DNA from: Selaginella moellendorffii
Lineage: Eukaryota; Plantae; Lycopodiophyta
Assembly: GCF_000143415.4 (NCBI RefSeq)
Contig: NW_003314277.1
Location: 1,000,224-1,064,223, forward strand
Length of the DNA: 64,000 bases
Direction: 5' to 3'
A program made the translations under genes and the position numbers. The notes beneath the pieces were generated by a model, which was given only the letters and a program-made list of their open reading frames with translations, was not told the DNA's origin and did not search any database. Shown here piece by piece: positions 1 to 11,587 of this stretch; within the stretch, counting starts at the first letter, position 1, and the number at the start of each line of letters is the position of its first letter.

Positions 1-29
1 AAAGATTAACTCCTGATACTAAGGGAGGC

Positions 30-455
30 TTGGGGTGAAAGCCCAAAGCATGTGTTTCTCAAAGTGGTGGGGTGGGGGGCAGCTATAGAGGGTTCCAAAT
101 GTATAGTAAGGATAATAGGTAGGTTGGGCATGGCCGACTAACCTGAGGCATAGTCTAGCTCTTAGTTGCATGTTTGTTCTTGTTCTGCATCCAGTTTGGG
201 TCTAAACCCAAGTTCCATACCATGCTAGTTGGTGGAGTACCCATATCTTTATGTTAAGCCACTAGTATGCTGAAATAGCACTAAACTCTATTTGGCTCCA
301 TTTTGTGTGTTAGTCCTGGCATTGGGATGCTGATTACTCTAGAACTATTCCAAGTCGCTCCGCACTCCTGTCCTTGCGCTCTATGCTAGAATGCTCGAGA
401 GTTGCTCCGTGGTCTGGTTCCGTCACTCCTTGGCTCCATGCTTAGGAGTTGCTTC
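30..455 (+). mobile_element. LTR-retrotransposon LTR fragment (family A), preceded by a G-rich PPT-like tract
   Basis: Module ggggtgaaagcccaaagc...ggggggc/tatagagggttccaaatgtatagt recurs in the window. Near-identical inverted copy at ~1605-1980 and a decayed direct copy at ~7575-8000. Confidence 0.7.
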
Positions 456-1059
456 ACTATCAACCACTTTGGGGTTGATCATCATTTAACCAAGCAATTT
501 TGTAAACACATTACTCATTGTCACATGGATATGATATAAAAAATCATAACGATTTGATTATCAATTAAGCAACACTACAAACAATACCCATGTCATTACT
601 TCAAAGGTTTATGTGATTATCAAGTGCCAACTCGATTTGACAAAATGCAACATAAATGCCACACTCCACCAATAGAGATTTACAACACCCAACACCACTA
701 ACTTTTATTCACAACACAGATAAGCTCATGCCACTCTCTTTTCAACCAAACTCAAAACTAATCCAACACCAAACTACTCAAGGAGCAATAGCAAGGTTTC
801 TTGGAAAAGAATTGAGCATTGCAACCCAAATCTTTAATAGCAAACCTAAACAATATGGTATAGCATTTCACCATTATCCATCCCGCAACTCACCATTTGT
901 AAAACCATCATTTTCAATATGCATCAAGGTAGGGATTCTTGATTGCATAATGTGAATACGAGCAATGAGTTACACTTTGTTGCAAATCATCTCTCCAAGA
1001 AGAGAAGATGATTTACGTATTTAATCCTTCGTCTTTGACGACTCTATTTTCAGTCTCAT

Positions 1060-1503
1060 CTTTGACTAAACCTCAAGTTTGCATGCACATTGCTTTTAGT
1101 CCAATCCAAGAAAAGTTTATAAGAGAGTATGGCAATGACTACCTGAACCAATAAACTAATCCCTACAGTCTTGGTTGATCCACTTGTAATCATGCCTAGG
1201 AAGGATCCACTAGTGCCATGCTAAACAGCTATAGACCAACTTATTTGCCACTCATAGTAAATCTAGGGAAGGTTTACTTTCACCCACCCAAAGAATGAAT
1301 GTAAAGTCTTAGCACCCAAATGTGTACCCACTCGGATCATTATTTTCATCTTTGCGTATGCAACGAGACTAGTTGTGGCATGTGGCATGTGGCATATGAC
1401 ACGTGGCCCATGGAGGGTTTAGGTTCTACTTTATGGTTATCCTATGGTAAATCACTATAGGATAAAAGGTAAAAAGCACGTGCGTTACATTTGGTATCAG
1501 AGG
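1060..1503 (+). mobile_element. LTR 3' end followed by tRNA-iMet primer binding site
   Basis: ...tgcgttaca ending ~1489 is followed by tttggtatcagag (TGGTATCAGAG PBS). Left boundary uncertain. Confidence 0.6.
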
Positions 1504-1604
1504 ATACGTCTCAGCGAGTATTATTCAATGAGATTGGGAATGTCCAAAGGATAGTGGCGTGGAACCTAAGTTTCAAGGGCTTGGGCCACTAAACGAAGGA
1601 ACAG

Positions 1605-1980
1605 TGCCAAACTCCTAAGCATAGAGCCAAGGAGTGATAAAACCAAACCACGGAGCAACTCCTGAGCGTATAACCCAAGGAACGAAGGGACAAGAGTGTG
1701 GAGCGACTTAGAATAGTCCTAAAGCAACCAGCATCCCAATGCCAGGACTAACATGCAAAATGTAGCCAAACAGAGTTTAGTGCTATTTCAGCATATCGGT
1801 GGCCTAACGTGAGGATATGGGTATTCCACCAACTAGCATAGTATGGAACTTGGGTTTAGACCCAAGCCGGATGCAGAACAAGGACAAATATGCAAACGAG
1901 AGCTAGACTATGCCTCAGGTTGGTCGGCCATGCCCGACCTACCCACTATCCCTACTATACATTTGAAACCCCCTATATCT
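1605..1980 (-). mobile_element. Inverted copy of LTR family A
   Basis: Reverse complement of ~80-455, e.g. agctagactatgcctcaggt vs acctgaggcatagtctagct. Confidence 0.75.
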
Positions 1981-2324
1981 ATGTGATAGTGAGTAATGTG
2001 TTTACGAAGTTGTTTGGTTAAATGATAATCAACCCCAAATTGGTTGATGGTGAAGCTAGTCTACTTGCATGTAGTAGCATTGAAGTAACTTTGAGTGGAT
2101 TCTCAAAGATGATCCATTATGCTAAGCTGGTATCTTGTTTCCTAAGAGTTTGCCTATTAAGATGTTATGAAAGGGTTATAGCATTCACTTGCTATGACTT
2201 GTCAGTTGATCCATTAACATTTGGAGTAGATTGTTGGATAGAGAAGGTGTGTAGTTGAGGCATTGACATCACTAACACTTGTGTTAGTGGAAGTGGTATT
2301 GTTGATTCAAGTGATGAGAAGTTT

Positions 2325-3455
2325 TGTAAGGAACCAACTCACCAAGGTGTCGTAGGCTAAAGGATCCCCGAAAGCATGACCAAAATAACAAAGAGTTCAT
2401 TAGATGGGACCAAGTCCAAGACTGACTTTGAGACCGAGTTCAAGATAGAGTCCGGGATCGAGTCTGAGACCAAATCGGAGACCGAGTTCGAGACCGAGTT
2501 CAAGACCGAGTTCAAGACAGAGTCCAAGATCCAAATCGGGTCCGAGACTGAGTCCGAGGTTGAGTCCGAAGTTGAGTCCGAGATCAGGTCCGAGATCGAG
2601 TCCGAGACCGAGTCCGAAGTCAGGTCCGAGATCGAGTCCAAGATCGAGTCCGAGACCGAGTTCGAGTACTAATACGGGTCAAGGGGTGAAAGCCCAAAGC
2701 GTGCGTCTCCCGGGGGGGGCTGTAGGGGGTTCCAAAAGTATAGTAGGGATAGTGAGGTCCAGGAAACAGTTTTGAAAGAACTCTCCAGTGGCGCTTCCAA
2801 ACTGACTTGAGGTTGAGACTGGGGCCGAGGGGCCTTGGGTGGGAGTGAGCATGGACTCGAGTGGTGCCGGAGGGGCCACCCAAGGAAGTGCTCAAGAGCA
2901 GCTCCCACTCCTAAAAGGGAAACCGACTGCGGTGCTCCCGGCTCATGTGGAGTGGTGCCCCATTTGAGTACCTTGTGGCTCATTGGTCCTTGCCCTTCCT
3001 AGGGGCTTAGGCCTTCCTTTCGGAATAGAAGTGGGGGCGTAGAGGTACCCATACCGGGCGGTTAGACCATGGTGTTTCGCCCCGGCATCCCGAAGAAAAT
3101 GTTGCATCCAAGGCTTGGGATTTAGAGGGTCCTATGATCAAGTCTTGTTGTACCAAGGGATGTTAGGAACCTGGAGGTTTGGTATGCTTGGTTGCTTGTG
3201 CCTGCGGGGAGTGTAGCCGAACTTTAAGTATAGTCTAACCTAGGGAGGGGGATTGGGAGAGATTTGGGAATCCGTGGATGGATGGCTAACACTTCGTTGC
3301 TCGTGTAGTGAGTAGCTAAATTCAAGTAGGACCAAGTAGGAGCTGGTACAATAGGCGGGAACCTTGGCGAGGAAACTTAGCAAAAGCCAAAGGCAATGTT
3401 GGTCAAATAGACGAGATAAGCTGGCAAATTGGAAACGAAAAATTTGTGGCTTACA
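2325..3455 (+). mobile_element. Long LTR (tgtaag...cttaca) with internal 6/12-bp tandem repeats
   Basis: TG...CA termini with short inverted ends. Homologous copies at ~10445-10798 (partial) and ~11588-12742 (inverted). No target-site duplication seen. Confidence 0.75.
2405..2668. repeat. Degenerate 6/12-bp tandem repeat (gagtcc/gagacc/gagttc/aagatc)
   Basis: Directly visible periodicity. The same array occurs at ~10525-10765, ~12375-12660 (rc) and a related one at ~29680-29875. Confidence 0.9.
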
Positions 3456-4417
3456 CCCCCCTCTCTTGAGGAATGCATGCTTTGGGCTTCCACCTTAGTC
3501 CTAGGAGTTAGTCTCTCTGATAAGTTTGAAACTTACTAAATATAGAATGGCACTAAATTATGAATTGAGATGCAGAATGGGGTTTAGAATATTCTCTACA
3601 TTCTGTAGATATGCCTTGAAGTAAATCTAGACACTTGCCATAAATAGTATATGAATTTGGAATAGAACGAATATATGGGGTATGATAGCAAAAGTGTTTG
3701 GTATATATAGTAAGCTCTCATATAATGATATTAAGGGACTAAACTCAATATTATGAGGGTTCCCAACACTAGCAAGTGCAAGTCAATGCAGAAGTTTCTC
3801 TAACCAAGTTAAGTATGCCTAACTAATAGCATTTAAGAATGCTATCCTTATGCTCTTCATCTAATCAAATGCACATGCAATGACCAATTTCTCAACTAAC
3901 TTGGTTGGAGATCATAAAAAGAAACTAGTAGTACCCATCTCCTGTTATCAAAGCAATAAGGAAAGAGTGTCCATAAGGACTAGCCGATAAGTATCTTTTG
4001 ATACCCAAAATCACATTCGTACCATGTAAAACTGATCAAATAGAGAGATCTATTATCTTTTTTCCTCTCGGAAAATAAGCTTATCAAATTTACCACTCAG
4101 TTGTTTGTGAAATAAGAAGTTTGAGCATTTTTTTGACAAGGTGATGAGCTACTGATCATCAACTCAAAAGCTTGAGCACTTTCGACCTATCCATTCAAGG
4201 TCAAACCAGTTCACAGCACAATATCACAACAAGTTGAAGCTATCTAATCTTATCTAAAACCTTATGACCTTCCTCCATACTTCCACAGCTAGTACATCTC
4301 CACTAGCACACTTGGTACAAACACCATAGACAAAGTGACACTCCAATCCCGAGTGAAGAAACTTTGGCAATTGATTTGGCAATGCCACCACCATCACCAT
4401 CTTCTTTCACTACTCTC

Positions 4418-5010
4418 TGTAAGCAACCAAAGGGAACGATTCGAGAGACGATCCATGGGGTTCAAATATAGAGGGAAAGGGCCCATGAACAAGAGTGCAC
4501 CCCCTTTTCCAATCGGTCAAGGGTCTTGGGATAGTTGGAGTTAATCGTCCTTGGGTTTGAATAGTACTGGGCTGGGTGACCTCCCGGGAAGTCCAAATTC
4601 AGGAGCTTACATTTGGTATCAGAGGGGTCTTGGGTCCGACTCTGTTGGTTGGCTAAGGGAATCGCACCACATATTGATTGACATCTGGCTGGTCCAGTTT
4701 GCTCCCGCTGGGCTCGACCCGAGGGGTAGAGTGTCAAGAGAGCGAGGCTCTCGGGAGAGCTGCGGCTCTCAGCTTCCGTTCACGAGGGCGTGAACTTGCA
4801 GGGAAGCGTGGTGGATTGTAAGCAACCAAAGGGAACGATTCGAGAGACGATCCATGGGGTTCAAATATAGAGGGAAAGGGCCCATGAACAAGAGTGCACC
4901 CCCTTTTCCAATCGGTCAAGGGTCTTGGGATAGTTGGAGTTAATCGTCCTTGGGTTTGAATAGTACTGGGCTGGGTGACCTCCTGGGAAGTCCAAATTCA
5001 GGAGCTTACA
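4418..5010 (+). mobile_element. Complete Cassandra-type TRIM (non-autonomous LTR retrotransposon with 5S rRNA-derived promoter in its LTRs)
   Basis: 194-bp LTRs at 4418-4611 and 4817-5010 (tgtaagc...gcttaca, one difference seen). PBS tggtatcagag at 4614, purine-rich PPT before 4817, 5-bp TSD ctctc (4413-4417 and 5011-5015), and a 5S-like box in each LTR. Confidence 0.93.
4539..4594 (+). promoter_or_regulatory. 5S rRNA-derived Pol III internal control region (A box-IE-C box); also at 4938-4993 and 5297-5352
   Basis: agttaatcgtccttgggtttgaatagtactgggctgggtgacctcccgggaagtcc aligns without gaps to the 3' half of plant 5S rRNA as recalled (AGTTAAGCGTGCTTGGGCGAGAGTAGTACTAGGATGGGTGACCTCCTGGGAAGTCC). 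Confidence 0.88.
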
Positions 5011-5570
5011 CTCTCTACAAGCACACCTTTGAAACCACAATAAAGGTTTGAGCATGTTTGGATTTGTAAGTCTCCTTTGCTATGTATGGCGTACTATTGG
5101 ATCAATGCATTCCATGGCACTACATCATGGAAGGCTATGCTGACAAGATCATCTATACCTGGCCACATGTCATTTCCCACAAATTAACATAAATAACAAA
5201 ATTAAGGATTGCATGGGGTTCAAATATAGAGGGAAAGGGCCCATGAACAAGAGTGCACCCCCTTTTCCAATCGGTCAAGGGTCTTGGGATAGTTGAAGTT
5301 AATCGTCCTTGGGTTTGAATAGTACTGGGCTGGGTGACCTCCCGGGAAGTCCAAATTCAGAAGCTTACACTCTCTACAAGCACACCTTTGAAACCACAAT
5401 AAAGGTTTGAGCATGTTTGGATTTGTAAGTCTCCTTTGCTATGTATGGCGTACTATTGGATCAATGCATTCCATGGCACTACATCATGGAAGGCTATGCT
5501 GACAAGATCATCTATACCTGGCCACATGTCATTTCCCACAAATTAACATAAATAACAAAATTAAGGATTG
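4853..5570 (+). repeat. Tandem duplication of 359 bp (4853-5211 / 5212-5570) covering most of the 3' LTR plus flanking DNA
   Basis: Near-identical direct repeat; both units start catggggttcaaatatag and end ttaaggattg. Confidence 0.92.
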
Positions 5571-5826
5571 TTTCAATGTAATGTGCACCAAATTATTTTC
5601 TACTAGAAGAGCCAGTTGTCTATGCATCGATAGATTTTCTAGACGAGGATTATGTATATATAAAAGAAAGATATTAAATATAAAATATATAATATAAATA
5701 ACTGTTCCTAAACATAAAGTGAATATTTTATATTTAAAATATTTCATCGAAAGAAGTGTTAATTAAAATTGTTTTTAAAATCTATTTATAAATATAGAGT
5801 TCAAATACATTCATTTAGCGCTTTCA

Positions 5827-6752
5827 ATGAAATACATAAATTTTATTATAACTATTTATTCATGTTGTTATATAGCTTATGCTCCAAAAGAATATCATCA
5901 AGAAATTTATGGAGTTAATGGAGCAATTCCAAAACAAATCAATATGGATTTAATAGTTTTATCTTTTATTAATTTCATAGAGACATCAATGCCCTCAAAT
6001 AGAAATACACCAGAAAGTTCTACATTTTATACATCCTATGTTGACATGCTTTCAGATCACACAACCTTAATTATAGATTTATACCTTTTTGTTATATCTG
6101 CTGGTAATCATTGCCCAACAAACAATAATGGAATTCGTCAAGTTGATAATAATGATGCTACAGGTTTGATATTAAGAGTTGCTAGGCAAGTTTATCTTTC
6201 TTTTCGAAATGAAAGAGCATCATATTTTATAAGTATTATTGTTCAGCATGATATTGGTATTTTTGCCATAGTGTATATGATATGTGGATATGAGCTTAGA
6301 ATAACTCCTCTTTATAGTATGATTTATTCATTTCCCAATCCATATAAAATTTGTAACTTTTTTAAAAGTACATTACTTAGTGGATATAAAAGTTTGTTTA
6401 TAGCCACACTTCATGCTGGTGAGTTTTTAACACATCTTTATAAAGCATATGTATTTTTAGTACAACAAGATTGTAATGCTGTATATTACTACAAAAATAT
6501 AGTTTTATGGAATACTAAAACATATGGAATGAGTTTTGATTGTAAATTCAGATTACAAGAAGATGGAAATTTTGTTTTATATTCAGCATTTGATTTGAAA
6601 CCCTTATATGCAACTAAAACTTACTGTAAGAAATTTAAATGTGTAAACCATCAATGTTAGTTTTACAGTTAGATTGTAATTTAGTTTTATATGAAGATGG
6701 AAAACCTTCTATAAGCATGTGGTCAACTAACACAATATGTTATGGTTATTAA
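5827..6752 (+). CDS. AT-rich intronless gene: hydrophobic N-terminus, unknown domain, C-terminal bulb-type (GNA) mannose-binding lectin domain; frameshifted near the 3' end
   Basis: 277-aa ORF has QQDCNAVYY and QEDGNFVLY motifs. The third motif VLQLDCNLVLYEDGK...MWSTNT lies in a shifted frame at 6660-6752. Confidence 0.7.
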
Positions 6753-7574
6753 GTAAATTAAATATATTTTATATTTAATTATTAAAATAGTTAATTTCAA
6801 AACTTATAGATTATAGAGAAGACTTCCTTATCCAGATATCTACATGAAATTTGATTTTATATTCCTGTAAGTCAAAGAGATTGAATATTCTGTTTATATT
6901 ACCTAGAACTTGAAACTTTCATTTTGAAAAATCTAGCTAGGCCACAATAACTCTAGTGAAACAGAGGTGCCAAACTTCAAAGGGCTGCATGACAAGTACT
7001 TAAGGCTTAACTTGGTCACACACATAAAAACCATGTAACACTTCTCTTTCTAATTAGAGTTTCAAGAAGTAGAGAATTGTGGCTTGCTCAAGTTGTTGGG
7101 TGGAGTACTACAGCATAAAAAGAGGTTATATGGATATGTTGTGTGCTTGGCTTCAGCCTATAAATTCTATATAAATTTACTCAAAACAAACAAGGTTGCA
7201 TTTAGCCATTTCTCCCATTCTCCACCACATTCTATTAGAGCAATGGTCTTTTAGTTTAGGGTTCTTCAGTTTTCTTTGCCAGTGAGGCTTAATGTTCTTG
7301 TTTCTTCATAAGTTGTGAGGCTTGACTTCTCTTTACAATAGTATTAGAGATATAGGTTAGAATTTTAGTTTTTTTTTTTTTTAATGAGTAGTGCCTTAGA
7401 TTCTAGGACAAGATGGCATCTCCCAGAGAAATGGAGCAATTCAATAGAACAAATTTCCTCACCTAAAAAGAATGTGCTCAATTCTAGTTCAGAAGATTTG
7501 GATTCAAAACATGCCTACCAAAGGATGATCATATTGATCAATACAATAGGTGGCAAGATTTTGATGCAAGAGGA

Positions 7575-8050
7575 GGGGAAGGGGCAAGGGGGTTGTGGGG
7601 GTTCCAAATGTATAGTAGGGATAGTGGGTAGGTTAGGTATGGCTAACTAACCTAAGGTATAGTTTAGCTCTTGTTTGCATGTTTATCCTTGTTTTATATC
7701 TGTCTTTGGTTTAAACCCAAGATCTATACCATCTAATTAGTGGAGTACTAATAGGCTACTGGTATGCTAAAATAGTGCCAAACTTTATTTGGCTCTATTT
7801 TGCATATTAGTCCTAACATTAGGATGCTAAAAGCTCTAGAATTATTTCAACATCACTCCATGCTTTTGTCCCTCGTTCTTTGAGTTATACATTCAAGAGT
7901 CACTCCATGCTTTTGCTCCTTTGATCCTTGAGCTAAACACTTAAGAGTTGTTCCATGTTTCACTTCCTTCACTCTTTAGCTCTATACTCAAGATATTGGC
8001 TCTATCCCTTTGTTTAATTGCCCAAGGCCTTGAAACTAAAGTTCTATTTA
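7575..8050 (+). mobile_element. Decayed copy of LTR family A with ~46-bp internal subrepeats
   Basis: Colinear with ~75-455 but with many C>T/G>A changes. Confidence 0.7.
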
Positions 8051-9450
8051 AGCTCCACTCCATAGTTTTTTTTTTAGTGTTTTGGCTTCACATTAAATCT
8101 TGAAGGTGATTGAAGAAGAGTGTTAATGTAATATGGATATCCAAAGATATAGTCTTCATGATTGTGTCTTGGATGTTTCTTTTGCATTTTGCAGATATAA
8201 AAAATATGGGCATGTTTGATGTTTAAGCATACTGTTGGGTTATGAGAATTTATCTTGAGATGAATCTATGTGAAGTTGTTGATAAAAACAAGTTAATTGA
8301 GTTTTGAAAATTTGCATTCTAAATTAAGAGTCATTCTTTCTTTAGGGAAAATTTTCCACAAGCTTTCTTGGGCTTTCCCACTTGTTGATTTGTTGATCAT
8401 TTTTCCTAAAAACCATTTCACTTTCACAAGCCAATACAAACTAGTGAAAGGGTTGGAATTGACTTTGGTTAGATTAAACTTTAGTATATCGTTTGTATGA
8501 TGTGGTTCAAAAGGGATTTTAACTTTTGGGGCTAAGACAATTAAATTGGATAGAGTCTAGAGATGGTGTAAAAAAATGGCTGTTGCGCTTTTCTAGAAAT
8601 ATGACTCTTGTACCTTTCTTTTGTAGTATCATATTTGGTGGTAAGTTGTATTTTACATTTTGTTAGACTTTATGAGAGTAATGAGTTCTCACTAATCTTC
8701 ACTTGGCCTTAGTAGCTTTGTGTCTTGGTTAAGGATGGTGATGTCTAATTTAGTTGTTTGCGATTAAGGTGTTAATATTGTACTATAGCCTTGTGTAATA
8801 GGGGGATAATCCAAAGTTGAGTTAAGCTCACATATAACTATCTAAAAAAGTTATAGTCATCATAGTTCTTTTGTTTTCCTTGAGCTCCTTGGAAGTTTGT
8901 ATTGAAATGGCTCAAAGGAAAGTCACTATTACTTGTATTTGGCCACCTAGCATTTTATATCAATCTCCACCTTCATCCCCAAGTTTTACCAACATTCCAC
9001 CTTCACCTCTATATAACAATCTTTTTTCAATTGAGGGCTTTAGTGAAGTTGAACTAGAGCTCCCTATATATAAAATTCTAAATCTTGCTACTAGAGAGAG
9101 ATTGTTCTAGTGCTTCAAGAGCAATGCCATATATTTTTGCTATGGTGGGATTACTTGAAAGCACAAAACACTATTATATTTGGTGTCTAATATGCTATTT
9201 TTTCTTGGATAAGCCAAATGGTTCTATGGGTTTATAAACTTTTCTTGAGCACTATAACAATTGCCCAACAGTAGGTCTGGAAAGTGTGCACATGTGGATG
9301 TACAATAGATTCAAGAATGAGTTACAGACACATACCCACTATCACTTCATGGTGAGGAACAACATCTTGTTGGGAAACACTATATTGGCTAGTACAAAAT
9401 ATGGGGTTTTTAGGCCATCATACAGTGGAATGTAAGATCTAAAATTACTT
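8050..9450 (+). mobile_element. Highly decayed retrotransposon internal region (probably Ty3/gypsy)
   Basis: Follows an LTR; AT-rich, no long ORFs, only faint pol-like fragments. Confidence 0.35.
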
Positions 9451-9944
9451 TATTATACTATAGTATTGTCACTTTTAAAAGAAAAAATATACTAAAATGA
9501 TATTAGTTGTAAGTAACATACTTTGTTCTAGAAGGTGCTATCATATCACATATAATTGTTTACCAGATGTTGAAGGAGGAGATGGCAAACATATAAGCAC
9601 TACAAAGTGATGGTGATAGGTGAGAATGATAATTTGCAACTATGATATCTAACATTGACACTGTCACTAACATCTAATACTTTTACAGACATTTGACATA
9701 ATAATAAGCTTTTCATTTCATATAAGGATGCAATTAACTTTCTTCTACCTCATCATCAACATACTAATTCCTTTTATGCTTTCTCCTTAATTGGTATTGT
9801 GGGGAAGGTTCATCTTGCATATGTTGAGCCATGGCTTTTGCTAGTCAGGAAGACTTCCAAAGCCTCAAATTCTAGAAACTTCAAGTGACTGTGATCTATA
9901 AAACAAAACTAAATATATATTGAAATTTTAATAAACATAATTTA

Positions 9945-10291
9945 CCTCCTTGAAATTGGAGGCAACTCATGAAATCCTCTGAACCGACATTTGAAGAAAT
10001 GATGTTCTTCAATCGACCTACCAGAGTCACTACCTCCACCATAGAACTACTACCTGCTATCCAATCAATCACAACACCATTTGGTAGGCAATAGAGCTCA
10101 AACAAGATTTGCATTGCTGATGGAATTCGAAGTTATTACCCTGGAAATGTGTTGTGGATTTGCTCATCCACAAAGTTGGGTATGATGTTAGTGGAACTAT
10201 TGTACCCAGGCAAAACACATGTTGCATATTCACTATCACAAAACCCATCATGTGTGTTTCTACAGAAGGTATGATAGGTCCACATCATAAT
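9945..10291 (-). pseudogene. Decayed exon resembling the C-terminal SAM-binding part of a beta-class N4/N6 DNA methyltransferase
   Basis: Reads ...HNTFPG**LRIPSAMQILFELYCLPNGVVIDWIAGSSSMVEVVTLVGRLKNIISS, similar to HP.QKP..L...I...S.PGD.VLDPFAGSGTT..AA..LGR..IG. Bounded by a ttttccag acceptor and g/gtaaat donor. Confidence 0.45.
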
Positions 10292-10444
10292 CTGGAAAAT
10301 AAAAAAATTTAGAGCTTTGATAAAAATATAAAATAGATAATCACCTTTTCAAGCTTCCCTTGGACACCCCTAGTATCAACTCTAATAGGATCCATGATGC
10401 ACCCGAAAGAGAATGACTTGAAATGAACTTCTACTGCACACGTC

Positions 10445-10798
10445 TATAAGGAACCAACTCCTTGAGGTGTTGTAGGCTAAAGGATCCTTGAAAGCATGAC
10501 CAAAATAATAAAATGTTCATCAAATGAGACCGAGTTTAAGATCAAGTCTGAGACCAAGTTCAAGACCGAGTCCGAGACTGACTCCGAGACCAAGTTCAAG
10601 ACCGACTTAGAGACTGAGTTCGAGACTGAGTCCAAGATCCGAGATTGGGTTTGAGATTGAGTCCAAGATTGAGTCTGAGACAAAGTTCGAGGTCGAGTCC
10701 GAGATCAAGTCTAAGACTGAGTTTGAGATCAAGTTTGAGATCGAGTCCAAGACCACGTCCGAATACTAATACAAGTCATAGGGTGAAAGCCCAAAGCA
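10445..10798 (+). mobile_element. Partial LTR, same family as 2325-3455
   Basis: Start tataaggaaccaactc, 12-bp repeat array, ends at gggtgaaagcccaaagca. Confidence 0.8.
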
Positions 10799-10809
10799 TT
10801 TTTTAATGG

Positions 10810-11560
10810 CCATATTGGCTCTGGCCTTCTTCAGGTAGGGACATTCCCTCGAAAAGTGTCCCGCTTCACCGCAATTGTGGCATACGTTGTTTCTCACGCT
10901 GCTAGCAAACTTGACCTTCTTATCCATGGGTTTATCTCTCTTTGCTTGACTCCCTCACATACTTGTTCGCTAGCCACCGGATTTGCCTTTCCGAAACCCC
11001 GATGACTCATTCTTAGAGAAACTCTTCTTGAATTTCCCTTTGCTATATATTCCCCTTGGTTTAGCCCCTTTGTTAAACGTGGACTCCGACTCTGTCGTAT
11101 TCCCCTTTCGCAGGTTATCATTAAAATGCACTTTGATGGTCGCATCCAATGCTTCCTTGTAATTGGTCAGGTTCCAACACATCACCTCGCCACGAGCCCA
11201 GATTTGCAAACCTGATATGAAGGCATGGAACGCATCCATATCACCCATATCCGTGACAAGTATCCTCTTTGCCATAACATACTCTTGAATGGTTCCGATC
11301 TACTTCAATCTACTCAGCTCATCCCTTAGGTGTAGANNNNNNNNNNNNNNNNNNNNNNNNNNNNNNNNNNNNNNNNNNNNNNNNNNNNNNNNNNNNNNNN
11401 NNNNNNNNNNNNNNNNNNNNNNNNNNNNNNNNNNNNTTATTTGTCAAGTATGGTTTTGCACATGGGACCTTCTCCAAGCTCGGTAACCGCAACGCTTGAA
11501 AGTAGTCCTCCATATTGTAAAAACAAATTTTCCACCACCTTATAGTCATTCATTCCCTTG
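10810..11560 (-). pseudogene. Ty3/gypsy gag remnant with CCHC zinc knuckle (spans an N gap)
   Basis: MEDYFQAL and FHAFISGLQIWARGEV gag-like segments; VCHNCGEAGHFSRECP (CX2CX4HX4C) at ~10840-10890 on the minus strand. Confidence 0.8.
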
Positions 11561-11587
11561 AAGACCGGTAGGGGCTTTGTAAGCCAC

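Larger units (their letters stand above)
3530..5180 (-). pseudogene. Highly decayed PPR gene remnant, interrupted by the Cassandra-like element
   Basis: Minus-strand fragments translate as HDVVPWNALIQ*YAIHSKG (~5080-5135) and YTIYGKC (~3630-3650), resembling PPR motifs DVVSWNALI..YA and MYGKC. Confidence 0.35.

Noticed and set aside
2405-2668. CRISPR-like array
   Set aside because: No unique spacers; a short degenerate tandem repeat in eukaryotic DNA.
2357-2672. ETES/SDSV-rich ORFs (also 10477-10683 and 12279-12640)
   Set aside because: They are by-products of 6/12-bp tandem repeats in LTRs, open on both strands and not conserved as ORFs between copies.
4539-4594. Functional 5S rRNA gene
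   Set aside because: Only ~56 nt of the 3' half is present, it is embedded in LTRs, and there is no 5' half or T-run terminator.
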